A stretch of DNA of 64,000 nucleotides from Cyanidioschyzon merolae (Eukaryota), in assembly GCA_000091205.1 (NCBI GenBank), contig AP006502.2; one strand, 5' to 3'. The translations under genes were made by a program, and so were the position numbers. Positions 31,814 through 45,071 of the stretch are shown here, in pieces (position 1 is the first letter of the stretch; the number at the start of each line of letters is the position of its first letter). The notes below the pieces were generated by a model that saw only the letters and a list, made by a program, of their open reading frames with translations, had not been told where the DNA came from and did not search any database.

Positions 31814-34443
31814 GCGCTCGGTGGGCGCACCTAGGAGATCGGGAAGTTAACTGACAAGATGCGTGTGCCGTTGTTGAAGGGAAACGCGATCGTGATCAGA
31901 AGCGTGTTGTTCTAGCTGTGAAAGTCGGATTTCCGTTGAGATCGTAACCAAGTACAGTATTTCAGTTCGTTTTTGTTTCAAACTTCAAACAAGTCTAGTC
32001 AAGTGTTTTTCGCAGTATAGAACGGAAGCGTTCAAAGAGCGTTCAAGAAATAAAAATAAAAAACTAAAAAAAGAAAAGTTATGAAAAAGCAAGTCCACGA
32101 TCCTGGAGGCGCATTGGCGCCGGCTGCCAGAAAAAAAAAACAAAAAAACCGTACGGAATCCAGAAGAAAAGGAAGAGAGGAAGGACCGAAAGTGGGAGGC
32201 CCTACGTTGAAGGCGGCAAGAAAGACAACTGTACGACGAGATGGTGGTGAAAGCCATTCATCTTGGACATATCAAGGATCCCTACAGGGGAAAGCTGCGA
32301 GACGCTATCAAAAAGCGTGTCGACTCGTACTCCAAGAGTATTGTCAATGCGTCGTCGGGACTGATGTATTTGGCGAGGAAGATGTACGAAGACGTGAAGC
32401 ACATGGAAACGGTCGAGATTCCAGACAAGTTTTTCGACAAGACGTTTATTCGTCACCTGATGCTTGGCACAGAGAAAGCGCGGATGGAAAATGAGCGGTT
32501 GCATGTTCTCCACGAAAAACATCCCTTTTACAGCTTCAAGGGTACTCGAAACAAGGGTGACTGGGGTGTTTACGACTGCGGGTCGATGAAGTACATCACG
32601 AATCTGAAGAACCATTTGACAACGAACCTCGAACGTTGCATGATACGCGCCGTATTTGCACTGTTCCCTGGCATCTCTCGCAGGAGGATATGGGCGATTG
32701 TCAACGGCATCACGAATGATCGCAGGCATGAAGGTGAGGTCGAATTCGTCGACAGGAAGGCGTCAAAAGAGAGCACGAATGAAGCTTCTGTAATCCGTGC
32801 GGTTATACAAGAGCACCGTGCAATCTTGGGGTTGGCAAATCCAACAGACAACATATCAGAGCTGAACAAAAGATAAGGAAAGATACTATCGCCTCGTCCG
32901 GCGGTATATCGTGCTTCTGGACCGAGAGCTCGAACGCAAGGCAGAGATGAAGCTGAGCGAAGAGACAAATGACGAGTGGGAGAGATGGAAGGCGTTCCTA
33001 ATGGGTAAGCGCCTCAGCGTCGTTCCAATGTGCAACATCAAGTCACATTTTGCGAAAGTCGACCCCAACGCACATTACAGCAAAATGAAGGAGATCTGTC
33101 CGGAGGTCGATGTAAAGAAGACAGAGTTCACCGGTGAAAACCGGGAGACGTGCTGGAAGAATATCTTCGATTTCAAACGCCTCAAAGTCAGCAAACAAAA
33201 GGTATTTACTGGGTTGATCGAAACCGATGGAGTAGCCTTGTGTGTACACTATCGGCGGTTGAAGAGAGATCGTCCAGTTCCGCCCTCGGCTTCGCCCGTG
33301 ACGAAGGATGGAGATGAGAAGAAGGCGGATCCTGTGATGCAGGAGGTGTAGGATAACGCCTTTATGGTTGGCGCGGCGAAGCATGAAGAAAACAAGAAGG
33401 CGGGCCCTGAGACACAGAAAGTGCAGGATAACGATCTTGTCGTTGGCGCGGGCCCCGGGAATACGAATATCATAATTATCGCAGCACCGAAGCGTGCGGA
33501 AGATGGTACTGACAGCAACTTGCGTCAGAAAGACATGCGTCTTTTGAGGTTCTCGAGAGCGATATACTATCGAGAATCGGGTATAACGAATGCAAGGAAG
33601 AAAATTGGGACGTGGAATGCAGGAATGAAGGATCGCCTGGAAGCTTTGAGCGAGGTGACGAGCCGCGGAGCGGACTTTACAGCTTTTCGGAAATTCGTGG
33701 AAGATCGTGTTGCCCATTGAGATGCGCTGTGGGAGGAGTATACCAAGCCCGGTGGGCTCGTCTGCGATTGAATCTATACAGTGGGAGGCAGCGGGCGTTT
33801 GCCAATTTTTTCAATCAGCTGAGCGCCCTCAAGGAGGATGAAAATCAGAGGCTCGTAGTAGCGTACGGAGCAGGGCGATGGAAGACCCAAAAAGGGACTA
33901 CGCCAGCTCCAACGACAAGAACGTACAAGGAGTGTGCACGGCGTTTCGTTACGATACCAGTAGATGAGTTCCGAACATCGTATACACACCAAGAGTTGGG
34001 GTGTACACTTCAGAGAGTCGAGATGGAAAAGTGTCAGCGGAGCCCTGAGGAAATAGCAAAGTACGCACCGCTAACAGAAGAGCGAATGGAAAGAAGAGCG
34101 AAAGTTCGTGGACTACTTGCATTAGTGAGTACAACTCCCAACGGCATGAAACGCATGGAGTTTGTGAACCGTGACTTAAATGCCGCTATCAGTATAAGGA
34201 AATGTGCGGTGCTGGAGAACTGAACTCCAGAGTTGACACGAGAGAAAACTTTATTGGACAACCTCTCAAAGTGGAACTATATGAGAAACAGTTGGAAGCA
34301 GTAGTGGGTGGCCGGTCCAAGAAAACTGAGAGGCGTCTGCACGTCAGTTCAAGACGCTATGTCTAGGGCGCGGTTGCCGCCACTACTGTACACCGCTGGC
34401 GACAACGTTTTTCTTTCGAAAGGCGTTTGTTGTTGGCGGTGAT
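31814..34443 (+). mobile_element. Fanzor/TnpB-like element, copy 3 (pseudogenised), directly downstream of the LINE remnant
   Basis: Same left end, ORF and right-end tail as the other copies. It has the most intact N-terminal part (ORF 32241..32876, 211 aa). It carries TAG at 33352, TGG>TGA at ~33720, a 1-nt deletion near 33745, a 2-nt indel before the native stop, and a +1 insertion in the A-run at ~32868. Confidence 0.75.
32241..34376 (+). pseudogene. Fanzor/TnpB-like nuclease pseudogene, copy 3
   Basis: Track fragments are 32241..32876, 32911..33351, 33364..33720 ([15 protein letters not shown]...RLLRFS) and 33612..34223 (LVVAYGAGRW...DEFRTSYTHQELGC...VNRDLNAAISIRKCA). Confidence 0.7.
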
Positions 34444-35773
34444 GGCGACTCTCACCCGAGCGTCTGTCCGCGTGCCCGTAGCGCAACAGGCGGAAGTTCT
34501 CAGAGCCAGCGAAAAAGATAAGCAAGTACGGAATGAGCTCGCACGGGCGCTGCAAAATATATGGCAAGGCGGCAGTATAGTCCTGGGCCGTTTCCTTCAC
34601 ATCCAGCGATTAAACCAACGCTGGTCGCGTGCACAGCGGGCCCCAAGTCGTGTGCCGTTGTCAACCGGGCAAGCGCAAGGAACGTCACGTTCTAGCACAC
34701 TGGGGAGTCTCCAGCAGCCGTGGGAGCCGCTTGGAGCACCACCGACAGCGTTTCGCTTTCTGAGTGACCTCGTCTTCTACTGGAGCACAGTGGGAATCGG
34801 TCGCCAAACACCCGGAGAAGAGTTTTGTGACCTTTTCGAGTGCACCATAGCTACCGGTGATCGCATCCAAGTGGCAACCCTATCTTGGAAACAGCGACTA
34901 TTGGAAACATTGCTCTATGCCACCATCGACTCTTTTCAGCTGCTTCTGTACTGGCTCCGGGTAGCACTGCGTCGAGTCGCCCGGTTCTTGGAGCGTGACT
35001 GGTACTCGCAATGTCTCTTGAGTCGCGAGAGACGCTGCCGAGTAGCCAGTACCTTACGTTTCGTAGACACTTGCTGCGCACGTCTGCAATTGCTACAAAG
35101 CTCCGATCGCCATGCACTGGCACTCACGATACAGTGGCTCATGCGTGTGCATCTTGCACTGTTCTATTTGTATGGGCGCTACTATGACCCAGCGAAGAGG
35201 CTTGCTGGTGTGCGTCTCGTGCATATTGGGCGGTCAAGGGCGTATTCACCTCGATATGATGCTCTAGGTCTTTTGCTCATCGTGCAGCTCGTCCTCGAAC
35301 CCATTGATGTGTTGATGCAGCGTCCAGCATGGAAGCGAAAGCTCCGCGTGCTTTTCAAATGGGCACTTGAGCTGTTTCGCAAAATGTATGCCAGTGTATC
35401 CACCTCGAAGCGAATCGCAGGTGATGGCGTCTCGCAGGCTCGGCCTCAGATGGTGACCGCTGTGCACACCACAGATCGATTCTCGGGCGAAGAAACCGGG
35501 CTTCCTGGCTCCAGAACGACAGATCAACAGCGGTCATGGTCTGTGGTATCGCCCAAATTCGAGCCTGTACCCACTGCAAGGCGAGCGCGAAACGAGTCGC
35601 GACACCGCTGCGTGCTCTGCTTGGATCAGTGCCAGGACCCCACATGTACTGCCTGTGGACACGTCTTCTGTTGGATCTGCATCCTGGACTGGGTGCGTCA
35701 GCAAAACTCTTGTCCAGTTTGTCGTCGAGAGGCACAGTTGAATGACTTACGTTGCCTCTACAGCCTCGGATGA
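34442..35773 (+). CDS. PEX10: PEX10-like peroxin with a C-terminal C3HC4 RING finger (443 aa from first ATG); an upstream exon cannot be excluded
   Basis: C-terminus CVLCLDQCQDPTCTACGHVFCWICILDWVRQQNSCPVCRRE matches the PEX10 RING pattern C-x-LCLE...P-T-x-CGH-x-FCW-x-CI-x-W...CPLCR. The track ORF start at 34427 is TTG, so the first ATG at 34442 was used. Confidence 0.55.
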   Translation: MATLTRASVRVPVAQQAEVLRASEKDKQVRNELARALQNIWQGGSIVLGRFLHIQRLNQRWSRAQRAPSRVPLSTGQAQGTSRSSTLGSLQQPWEPLGAPPTAFRFLSDLVFYWSTVGIGRQTPGEEFCDLFECTIATGDRIQVATLSWKQRLLETLLYATIDSFQLLLYWLRVALRRVARFLERDWYSQCLLSRERRCRVASTLRFVDTCCARLQLLQSSDRHALALTIQWLMRVHLALFYLYGRYYDPAKRLAGVRLVHIGRSRAYSPRYDALGLLLIVQLVLEPIDVLMQRPAWKRKLRVLFKWALELFRKMYASVSTSKRIAGDGVSQARPQMVTAVHTTDRFSGEETGLPGSRTTDQQRSWSVVSPKFEPVPTARRARNESRHRCVLCLDQCQDPTCTACGHVFCWICILDWVRQQNSCPVCRREAQLNDLRCLYSLG

Positions 35774-38700
35774 ATTCATTGTATGCCTAAGCGTTCCGTG
35801 CTCGTCGGATCGCTGAAAACGCCCTAATATGACAGTGTCTAACCTGACGGTGATTGCACCCATGCCAGAATTGAGTGGAACAGGTCTTCCAATGTGGACG
35901 TAAACACGTACGAGAGGATCGATTCCAGTTGTCACCAACGCAAGCCATTGCAGGCGTTTTCTGCGACTGCTTCCTTTCTCTCTCTTGTATCGGGTATCAA
36001 GTACGTCGGTCTCCCACTGTCCCTCGAGCTACGTTGCCAGAAGTCGAAGGATGCTGGTAGCAAAATTAAATGAAGTCCCGATTACGCAGTTTCCGGTCGT
36101 TGTTGGCGCAATTCATGTACATGCGGGAGCTTCGATCTAAGCGCCGCATATTATTTTCATCTTCTTTGCGTGCTACCTCGGAACGCGCTTCGCCTGGATT
36201 TCGTCGGGTGTAACTAAGCGTGGACCACAGCGCTCCTCTAGGACTCGCCAAGTCAAGCGCAAAAGTGTACCTGATTGTTCAGCGCATTCTCTTGACGGGC
36301 ACAGAAGGCTGGCCTCGATGCCCGCTATGTTTCCGCGTCTGATGCCGTTCCGGAGATTGCAGGCTTCTGCAGAACAATTGCCGCAGCACGTACTCTGTCC
36401 GCTGTAGGTGCAAGCGCACACTCTTCCATTCAGCTGAGGTTTTGTGGAAGTCCATCGTATGCATGATGGGGCAAGTCGATCCATTCCGATCCTTTTATGC
36501 TCTTTCCAAAGCGATGACGCACGCTCCAGTGAACGCGATCATTGCGATGACTGAGGCCGAGTCTGGTTCGCTTTTCAATGAAACTAGTATCGTCGAAATT
36601 CTCTAAAGGCATACCCCGTGGAATGCATTACTCTGCTGCTCTCGGATGCCATTTGGTTGGCGATCTTATCGAAAACAGGTTTTCTTTGAACGACATCGAT
36701 TATTTGACTTGACGAATTCACGAAATGATCGGCATGAATTTGTGAGCAAGTCGTCGTGAGACAGCACCGAGATTTTTCCATTCCCGCCAAGGAAGCAGCG
36801 CGAATTGCGGCGTCTATGGGTCGCCCTGAAACAGGTAAATCAAAAAGATGAAGATTGCGTGATATGAACGTGCAACGTACAGGGAAAGGAAAGGAATAGA
36901 CTCTTGAACGCGAGAGTTGCATAATAATAACGGTCATGTCATGAAATCTGGTTCGAGAGCGAAGCGAATTAACTAGTGTCTGCTAAAGTAACAAATTCAA
37001 GCTGCGAGCAGTCGAAAAAGTCGCTCCGAAAGGACGCCGGAGAATCCTACAACCATCCATGAATCCGTATGCCCCAGTTGCGGCAGTCGGAATGACGAGA
37101 GTGTGTATCAGAAATGTTCGGAGAATACGTCGAATGGCAGAAACAGGGCGAGCACTTCAGTGTAACAATCTAACCCGACACGCTTACAGATGACGCGACG
37201 ACAATGGCCAAACTTGGTCTGATGCGCGCTTTCGTATTCATGGATATTCTACTCGAACCCTCTTTGCAATCCTTTTCCACCTCATGCGCGTCGGTACGCC
37301 GGCAAGCGTCCAGGCTGTGGAACGCATGCTCCCATTTTAGGTTCAAGCAGCATGCTTTGGGATGAAAACGCCCCCGTGAATCCATGATGAGCAGTAGAAT
37401 AGAAAACTGAATAAAGGGAATGGCTTTGGCTGCAGACCGAACGTCCGCTTGAAGAAACCCACATGGAATTGGTATACAGGCCCACGAAACGGAATTTTAT
37501 AGTGCAAAATCAAATATTCGAATCAGACTTCTCCCACGGCGTCGCTGCAGCAGTCTGTAATCAGGGACGAAACCACGGCAACTCCCCAGATCCGTCTGAG
37601 CTTCGACATCCCCACAAGAGGCTTGCCTTCCGAGACGGAATTTCGATCTATCCAGCATCGTCATATGCGCCGCCGCCGCTATGGCCGCTATCGCCTGCAG
37701 AGACATGATGGCGTTGTGGTGCTGTGAACTGCTTCAGCACGGAAAAACTGAATGGAATCATCCGGAAGCGAAAACAAGTTGCTACGTTCGTGCCGAGAGC
37801 GCCACTTGCAGTTTGAATACAGGCAACGCTTCTGATGATGTTTTGCTTGCGGCAACATGTGCCATAACCCCGGTACCACTGCAACGTGGGAGAAATGCTT
37901 CAAACTTGGACCCTTTCGAGACACGATCTCCGAACCCGTTTCGCCAGTTGAAAGTGGCTGTGCATCTTTTGGGCTCGAAGAAACATAGAGAGTCAAGAAG
38001 CTGCACTCTCCGTCGGCAAAGAGACGAACAAGACATGCATACGAGATCATAGACGTTGCATAGTCTGCAACATTGCTGCCTTCGTTGGGCCCAAGAGGCG
38101 AATCGCTGTATGGTCCGACACCGCAGTTGCCATTCGTTCAACGTTCTCTGCTAATGTTCTGGACGCTGCTCATTCGCTGTCTCTTTTAACCTGAGGCTCA
38201 CTCTAGAATAGGAACTGTACACGTGAGTTTCGAATACGAGGGGTATCCATCCGCAATCGCTCCCAAGGTTCTACAAGACAACTGGCAAGAAGAACCTAAT
38301 ACGTAACGTTCTTCCGGACAGCGTTCTTGCTCGGTGCAGTCAACGCCCGCTGTGCTACTATACTCTGTGACACGCAACGAATAAATAAATAGGCCTGAAA
38401 AGGCGATTTCTATTCTGGTGTCGTATGCAAGAACACGAGGCTCGTCTCGCAGCTGAGTATACCTCAGTGAACGATAGTCTCGCTGACGTCGATTCCAAGG
38501 ACAGCTTCACAACGGAGACGCCGTCTAGGTGCACAGGAAAAGCTTGTCCAGTGAGCCCATGGTGACAAGCTCCCCAGTTCGTCGTGGAATCAGTGACCAG
38601 CTGCGCTATGAAATAACCAGTCAGCAGCAAAGAGCCAAAGCGGTTACAAGTCCAGAGCCGAGTGCTCGAAATTGCTTGACAGGGTGCTCTCTCGTGCCTC

Positions 38701-39188
38701 TGCCTTCAAACGGCTCCTGCAGTCACTTAAAGTTAAGGAAGCAGACTGAGTGAGCTCCAAAAGCCGTGCGTGAGGCTCAGGGAACCGAAAGTACCCCATC
38801 AACCGAGACGCACCTCGTGCGCTACAGGCACCGGCTGTAGGAAAAGAAAACTTCGTTGAGCAACGTGCCTGCGCTAGGCAGTCAAGCGAGCAGGGAACTT
38901 TGCCGTCTCCACCTCTACCGCAGCCGCCGTACAGCAGCTTGCTCTATATGAACGCTACAAGATAGCTAGCGCGGAGTACCCATGCGCCAAGGTTGCCGCA
39001 GTGCCCCTCAAGGTCACCACCGGACTGCTCCGAGATGCCGGAGCAGCACGGGATTTCTTGCAGGCGCGCAGCGTACACGTTATCGCGTTGCTACCACTCC
39101 AGGGAAGGCTGTTTCAGGGCGGACTTGTAGACGGACCAGCACAGCTTTGAACTTGACAATCCCGTGAAGCAAAGGTGCGTTTGCGCCG

Positions 39189-39854
39189 ATGGGCACCAGG
39201 AAAGAATTGAGCCTCAGCGAACGCAAAGTCGTGGTAAACGTTTACGACATTGTCGACCTGGCAAGCACAAACGACCGGCTCTACCGGCTTGGACTCGGGG
39301 TATACCACACTGGTGTCGTTCTGGGAAGAAGGGAATATGCGTACGGTTTTAAGTGGGGCCCCGGGACGGGAGTTTTCTATACGACACCTCGCTGTGCGCC
39401 AAACGCGCGCTACCGTCAGAGCCTAGAGTTCGGGCCGATTATCGTAACAGCAACGGAGGCGAGAGAGCGCTTCCGAAGAGTTTGTGAAGAGTTTACTGGT
39501 TCGAGCTATCATCTATTGGACAAGAACTGCAACACATTCACCGCTCGAGTTGTTTATGATCTCACGGGCCAGAAACTACCGTCCTGGATCAACCGAACCG
39601 CCCGTTGGGCATCGGTTTTCCGGTGCTTGCTTCCTCCAGAGCTAGCGCAACCGCAGTCCGTGCCGAGTGCAGAGATGCTGCCCTCAAGTCATGCACTGGA
39701 ATATCGATCCATGTTATCTGGTCCTCCGGGGACGGAGGAATGCTCCGATGGGGACGCGCACAGCGGAAGCACGCTGTCGCGGGCGAGCACGCCCCCGAAG
39801 GAGGACTCGCAACCCTTGCCTCCTCGAGTTGAGCTGAACGAGATCCTCCAATAA
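39189..39854 (+). CDS. PPPDE/DeSI-family (DUF862) putative deSUMOylating isopeptidase, 221 aa
   Basis: VVVNVYDI...YRLGLGVYHTGVVLGRREYAYGF (compare V-x-LNVYDL...GLGIYHSGIEV-x-G-x-EYAYG) and YHLLDKNCNTFTARVVYDLTGQKLPSWINRTA (compare YHLI-x-KNCNHF-x...LTGK-x-IP-x-WINR). Confidence 0.75.
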   Translation: MGTRKELSLSERKVVVNVYDIVDLASTNDRLYRLGLGVYHTGVVLGRREYAYGFKWGPGTGVFYTTPRCAPNARYRQSLEFGPIIVTATEARERFRRVCEEFTGSSYHLLDKNCNTFTARVVYDLTGQKLPSWINRTARWASVFRCLLPPELAQPQSVPSAEMLPSSHALEYRSMLSGPPGTEECSDGDAHSGSTLSRASTPPKEDSQPLPPRVELNEILQ

Positions 39855-42800
39855 GGAGACAATCGCACGCTGCAATATCTACAAGTAAGTCAGAAAGGCT
39901 GATGGATTTCAAATTTTTACTTTCCTGCACGAAGACTATATGAAAAACGTGCTCACCACTGCCGAGGAATGTCTTGAGAGAAGCTGTTTCGCGAAGCGCG
40001 CAGTAGGTGCTCGAAACGGGCTGTTGATGTCTTGTAGATGAAACCGGCAGCACATGGATCCGTTTTTGCAGGTCTCCGGAGAGTATCTGTGCAGTGCCAG
40101 TGCGCTAGTGCATCGTGCACACGGATACTCGTCGCTGTGTGATATATTCAGACTTGTGTGCTTCCACGAATCGCATCCTACTTATGTGTGCTCCGATTCT
40201 GTTCTCTGCCCGAGCTTGCACGATCGCACGTGCAAGCACTTGGCAGGGACACGTTTACAGCGAGTACACAAACTTGGTCTCGTTTGTGCGGAAGCGATCT
40301 CGGTAACTTCTGAGCGCGGCGCTCGAGTGCATAGAGGTCTGTTGCGCCGAGCAAGTGCTGCAGTCTCGAGGACAGCGCCCCCGGACTAGCACGGTCGTTC
40401 AAATAGCTGGTGTGTCGGCGAGTGTTGGTAGAGGACAGGTGACGCTTGCATGCCATGTTCGCCGCATTACACTTGGGAACTTGAAACGACGACACAGGTA
40501 CGTTGTTCTGCGGTCACGATCCCGATACGCTGATATAGGCCTGCTGGTTTTCCAAGTCTTTTTCAAAAGCATGTGCTCTAGAGCACGCTCCTTACCAGTA
40601 ACCGAACGGGAATCCCGGGGAGAGCCGCAAACGTTTCTGTTTTCTTCACTGTAAAGTCATGACCTCGTTATAATCAGAGCGTTAAATTTTGGAACATCTG
40701 TACCAGCACATTTTCTTGATTCGAATCGTTTCTCTTACAAGTATTCAACAGAAAGAATGTTTCATGTATGTTGGGGAAATGTGGCGGTAAGACCCGATGC
40801 TCGCACCGTCAGCTTGCGAGGAAATGGTCTCATGTGTTCAACTCACTCATTCTGGGGTCAGCAGGTAGATGAACTACCCTATTTGTTGTCACCACACAGA
40901 ACGTCTTGCGCTGAATAGCTAATTTCCCAAACCCTGTTTGTAAGGCAGTATCCTCGCCAATTCATTTTACTCTGGATGCTCTCCGAGAAATCGTGTTGAA
41001 AAAGCTACTGAATGTGAACATGGCATATTGTTGAGACGAACTCTGATAAAGAGACACGAATGGGCGAAGAAAGTATGCAAGCATCTCTGCAACTCCTTCG
41101 TGCAATGAAAAATACTCCACTGATATCGCACTGAAACACGAACGTGTAGTATATGAAGGACTCGTGCTCGTATCATTCTATCAGAACATATTTGGTACAA
41201 ATACTAGTCCTGGATACGGACGCCCAAAGAGGGGCAAAGCGCTATTCATAAAAAGATGAGATGAAGGACCCCATCCAGAACAGCACAGCTTCCTACTCGA
41301 TGGCGCCTCGCCCAGCTTTCCTCGCTTTGGTGTATCTCGTGAGGAACTATTCCTTGGGGTTCCAGGCGCAGGGCCCCCCGTCGTCCATATTTTTCAGTAA
41401 TCCTTCCATCAAACCTTTCGACGACAACACTGCCTATGTTCGGGACGAAATGTGCAATACGACCTTGTCGTAGAATCATTGATTTGCAGAAACACGTCCC
41501 AACATATCTCGACCTGTCGCCGCGCCACATCGTTGATCGGAATTTCCACTGCGCTCGTACCAGAAAGCCTCAAAACAACCACAAAGATTAGAAGCATATG
41601 CGGCCAATGACGAACGCTTCATGGGGTGCACTCTCTGGGTATTCTACCCATCGTAATCTCGCATTGGTGTTCCCGAAAACTGGGGACGTATGTAATGTAC
41701 TCATGGGCCAATTGATGAAGGCAAAAGACGAGCTGGAGCCGGAAGAAATCAAAGCGGTAGCGAGCTCCGAAGTGATGTCGCAAGAAGAGCGAGAATCACA
41801 TCAGATCGTCCAAGCAGCACGCGTTAATCTCGGCCTCGGACGGGCAGACGTCGCATCCAAAGGACAGTCGAACTGCCACAGATACCCAGCTTGCATCTTG
41901 CGCTATTACGTTTTCCTGAACAGAGCTTACCAGAGAGCAATGCAGACTCCCACCCCGAATCCGAATGCCTTAGCCTCCGAAAGCGTCTGTTCGTTGTCAT
42001 TCCCGTATGTCAGATAAAGGTCTATTCCGTCACCGTTTACAGTCGTGCACTGAACTGTATGGCCTTCTCAGAAAGCGACGGCCCGTCTCTGCGTAGAAGC
42101 ATGAAGGATTCGACCAATTGCGCGATGAGCAGCAGCAGAACACCTTCAAAGAATCTCATAGTTACAGAGGAAGTTGAAAGCTGTTCACACGTAAAATGGA
42201 TCGATGAAAAGTCAGTCTGTATGTAATTGATGAAAGCTTGGCCTGAATTGAGCGACGAGTTTCATTTTCAAACATTCAAGGTAGATGAAGAGGTGAAATC
42301 CGTTTCGGATATGGATCACGGATTGAAGGGCATCATGGCCGTCGCCATACCTTCAAGTCAAATGGATGGAGATACAGGGCAGAACTGAAAGCAGATGAAT
42401 TAACAAGACTGTTCCATTGCTCAGCGTCATAGAGATTTGGGGTTGATGGACACAAAGAGACGTACCAACATTTAGAATCAGGGCGTCCGGACCGTCCTCG
42501 ACGAATTGAGCACTGTCTAGAGCAGCAAAATGCGCCGCACGCTGCATTTAGAGCGCACATGATTTTCCAAATGGTCTAAGCGAATGAGCTTTGGCAGGAG
42601 TACTTGCGACCACGTCTGTGTAGCCAGCATTTTGGGTTGTATGGAGATATCACGTGTTCCTGAACATGTTCAATGATTTAGAGAATGATGTGACCCATAC
42701 GCGCCGTCTTTCGGTAGTAGGCTCAGGCTCTGAATGTACAGACGCGTGCGGCAGCCGTACGCCTTCTCCTTCGACGACAGCATACAAAGAGTGCAAAAAT

Positions 42801-44984
42801 CGATTTTGTGCGATTCTAATCGATAATTCCAGTTGCGACTTTAGCGTACAGTGGGCACTCGTGCCCGCTGATACAAGCGGGGAAGTAGAGAATGAAACAG
42901 AGGCGAATACAAGAGATGATGCTCGGTACGCTGACCAGACGTCAAATGGCGAGGGAATCGAAGGCAAGAGACAGGGTGTGATGTGATCTCACCAGCAACC
43001 GAGCGGAAAAGCACTCTCTGTAGCCGCATTTTAGCAGCTCGATCAATGTCCGGAAATACCTCGTGCTTCTTGAGCATCTAGCGGCGCTGCGTCTAGCAAA
43101 GTTTCAAGGGAGTCTTTTCGCACTCTATTCGGCATTGTGCTAAAACGTTGAAGTGCTCGAAGTGAACTATCAGTTCCCAAGCGAGATCGCATTCGAATCC
43201 CGCCCGAAGCAGGGTCCTGATACATGGCGGTTCAATAATCCAGAACGGCTGGGGCGCCTTTTACGTACACCGGGCACAATTTTTACGTGCTGTTGGCATA
43301 CGACTATGATGTTCCACGACTTGAAATTACTGAGTATATTCTTAATCGCTCGTAAAAGCACATGGTTCGTTAACGAAGGTGAGCCCCTTCCCCAGGGCTC
43401 GCCCGTGCAGGACAAACACGCGCGAGCGAACGCCACGCTCTACTCAGTTCAAAATGGAGTACTGAACTGCTCGCTCTTTTCCTGCAATTGGATCTTTTCC
43501 AGAACTATTTTCTGAATGAGCAGCCCCAAAATTCGAAGTACAGCAATGAGCGCCTACGGATTTACAGCTAGTTCAAGGAAGCTCCGTCGTTGGTTCCTAC
43601 TGGTTCCTTTGAAGCTCTGCCACTGGAATTCGGTGCTTCAACGAAAGTAAGATGATCGATTCGCCACTACCTCGAGCACGAGCTCCCAATACAATCGACA
43701 TTAGCATTCAATTCACACGCTCTAGCCTAGACTACTGCACTTTCCTTGCACATCCCATGCTCAAATCTACGATTCTTCTTGAATCTTCGACCATTCTGTG
43801 CCAAAGCAGCTCGTGGGCACTGCGCTTGGCACCGCTGGATTGAATACCAAAAAATCAAGTACTTTCATTGGGGACTTCTTCACAGGCGCATTCCGAAACT
43901 GCACTGAATATGCGACGCCAAATAATCGATTCCACTTAAAGGACAAATCCATCGCTGTTTGTGAGCATTCAGAGAACCGCATTCGACAGCAGCATGGCAT
44001 CAAGTACGGATTGTATGCTCCCTGAGGCCCCCATCTCTCCTGTTTGAATGGAAAAGTGTCTTCGACTCCGACTTGAGTCATCGGAGCGATCGCTTCCAGT
44101 GGAGCATGCGTCACGGCTTTGCATATAGGCGTATACACAGACAGAGAATTCTCGAGTTGTTTTGCAGCCTGGATTTTCCTTCCGGTGTATTCTTCATCAA
44201 GGACAAGACGGTACTCCGCAAATCATCTAGTAACTTGAATAGGATGCGCTTGCGTGTGCAGCAGGCAGCGTACCCGCCGAAAGGATCGCGCTGCTGTTGC
44301 CCGTGATCGTTGGTAACCGCAACAGGCGCGGAATCGGAGGCCAGCATCGAGCGGAGCCTCCTGTACCCGCCACAGGCACATGTGCCGGGCGATGGAGCAG
44401 GCGTTCACGCGCATCAGGGACGTCCCCGGAGGACGGATGTGCTCGACATGTGGGAACACCAAACACAGTCAAGTGTCACCGCTGCGATGAGCGCACCGAT
44501 GCTATATCAAGTGAAGATCCTGATGGCAAGCGACCAAAATTTGTCGGCGCTGCCTGAGCATGAATTGCGTCGTTAACAGCTGGAAGCAAAGAAATCGGTA
44601 CATGAACGCTGCCATCGCCATGCCCGGTTTTGTGACAAGTCAGCTTCAGGAACTAGAGAGTCCGACGTTTTGAGCCAGAGATACGAGAGCGAAACGGGTA
44701 ACAGTCGCAGCAGAAGCGAGTACAGGCGAGTGTTGATGACAGTGCGCGGAGACTCCAACCTCTTGTGTGCAGGCCCGAGTTAAGGACGTGAACCTGTCCC
44801 ACCATAGTCCGGTAGGGGTAGAGCACGGACGCAAGGACGTGCGTTCGTGGCAAGCAGGTTGGGCGTCTCGTCGAACGGTGCAAGTCTGCCGCGCGGAACG
44901 AGTGCGACCATTTCCAAGCGCCTCTTCCTTGCCGTTTCCCGCGAACGTCGTACGCGGGACGGCTGCCAAAAACAGAATCGAACA

Positions 44985-45071
44985 GGGACTCACGGGGACT
45001 TGAACCCCGGACCTCTCGCACGTTCTTCGGTAACTCCCGAAGCGAGCATTCTACCCCTGAACTATGAGTCC
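44985..45071 (-). tRNA. tRNA-Pro (anticodon CGG) with a 15-nt intron between positions 37 and 38
   Basis: Folded by hand on the minus strand: GGACTCA-TA-GTTC-AGGGGTA-GAAT-G-CTCGC-TTCGGG-[agttaccgaagaacg]-T-GCGAG-AGGTC-CGGGG-TTCAAGT-CCCCG-TGAGTCC-C. All four stems are fully paired. It closely resembles the eukaryotic tRNA-Pro consensus (...CTCGCTTNGGGTGCGAGAGGTCCCGGGTTCAAATCCCGG...). CCA is not encoded. Confidence 0.6.

Noticed and set aside
34427-34441. ORF-track start positions at 34427, 5455, 50040, 28156 and 60232
   Set aside because: These are TTG or GTG codons (the track uses alternative starts). For a eukaryote the first in-frame ATG was used instead (34442, 5401, 50088, none for the RT, 60214).
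44790-44900. Possible second tRNA (ATAGTCCGGTAGGGGTAGAGCAC... has a D-arm-like look) about 100 bp from the tRNA-Pro
   Set aside because: I could not close an acceptor stem or find a TpsiC arm (no GGTTCRANYCC), so it is not supportable by hand folding.
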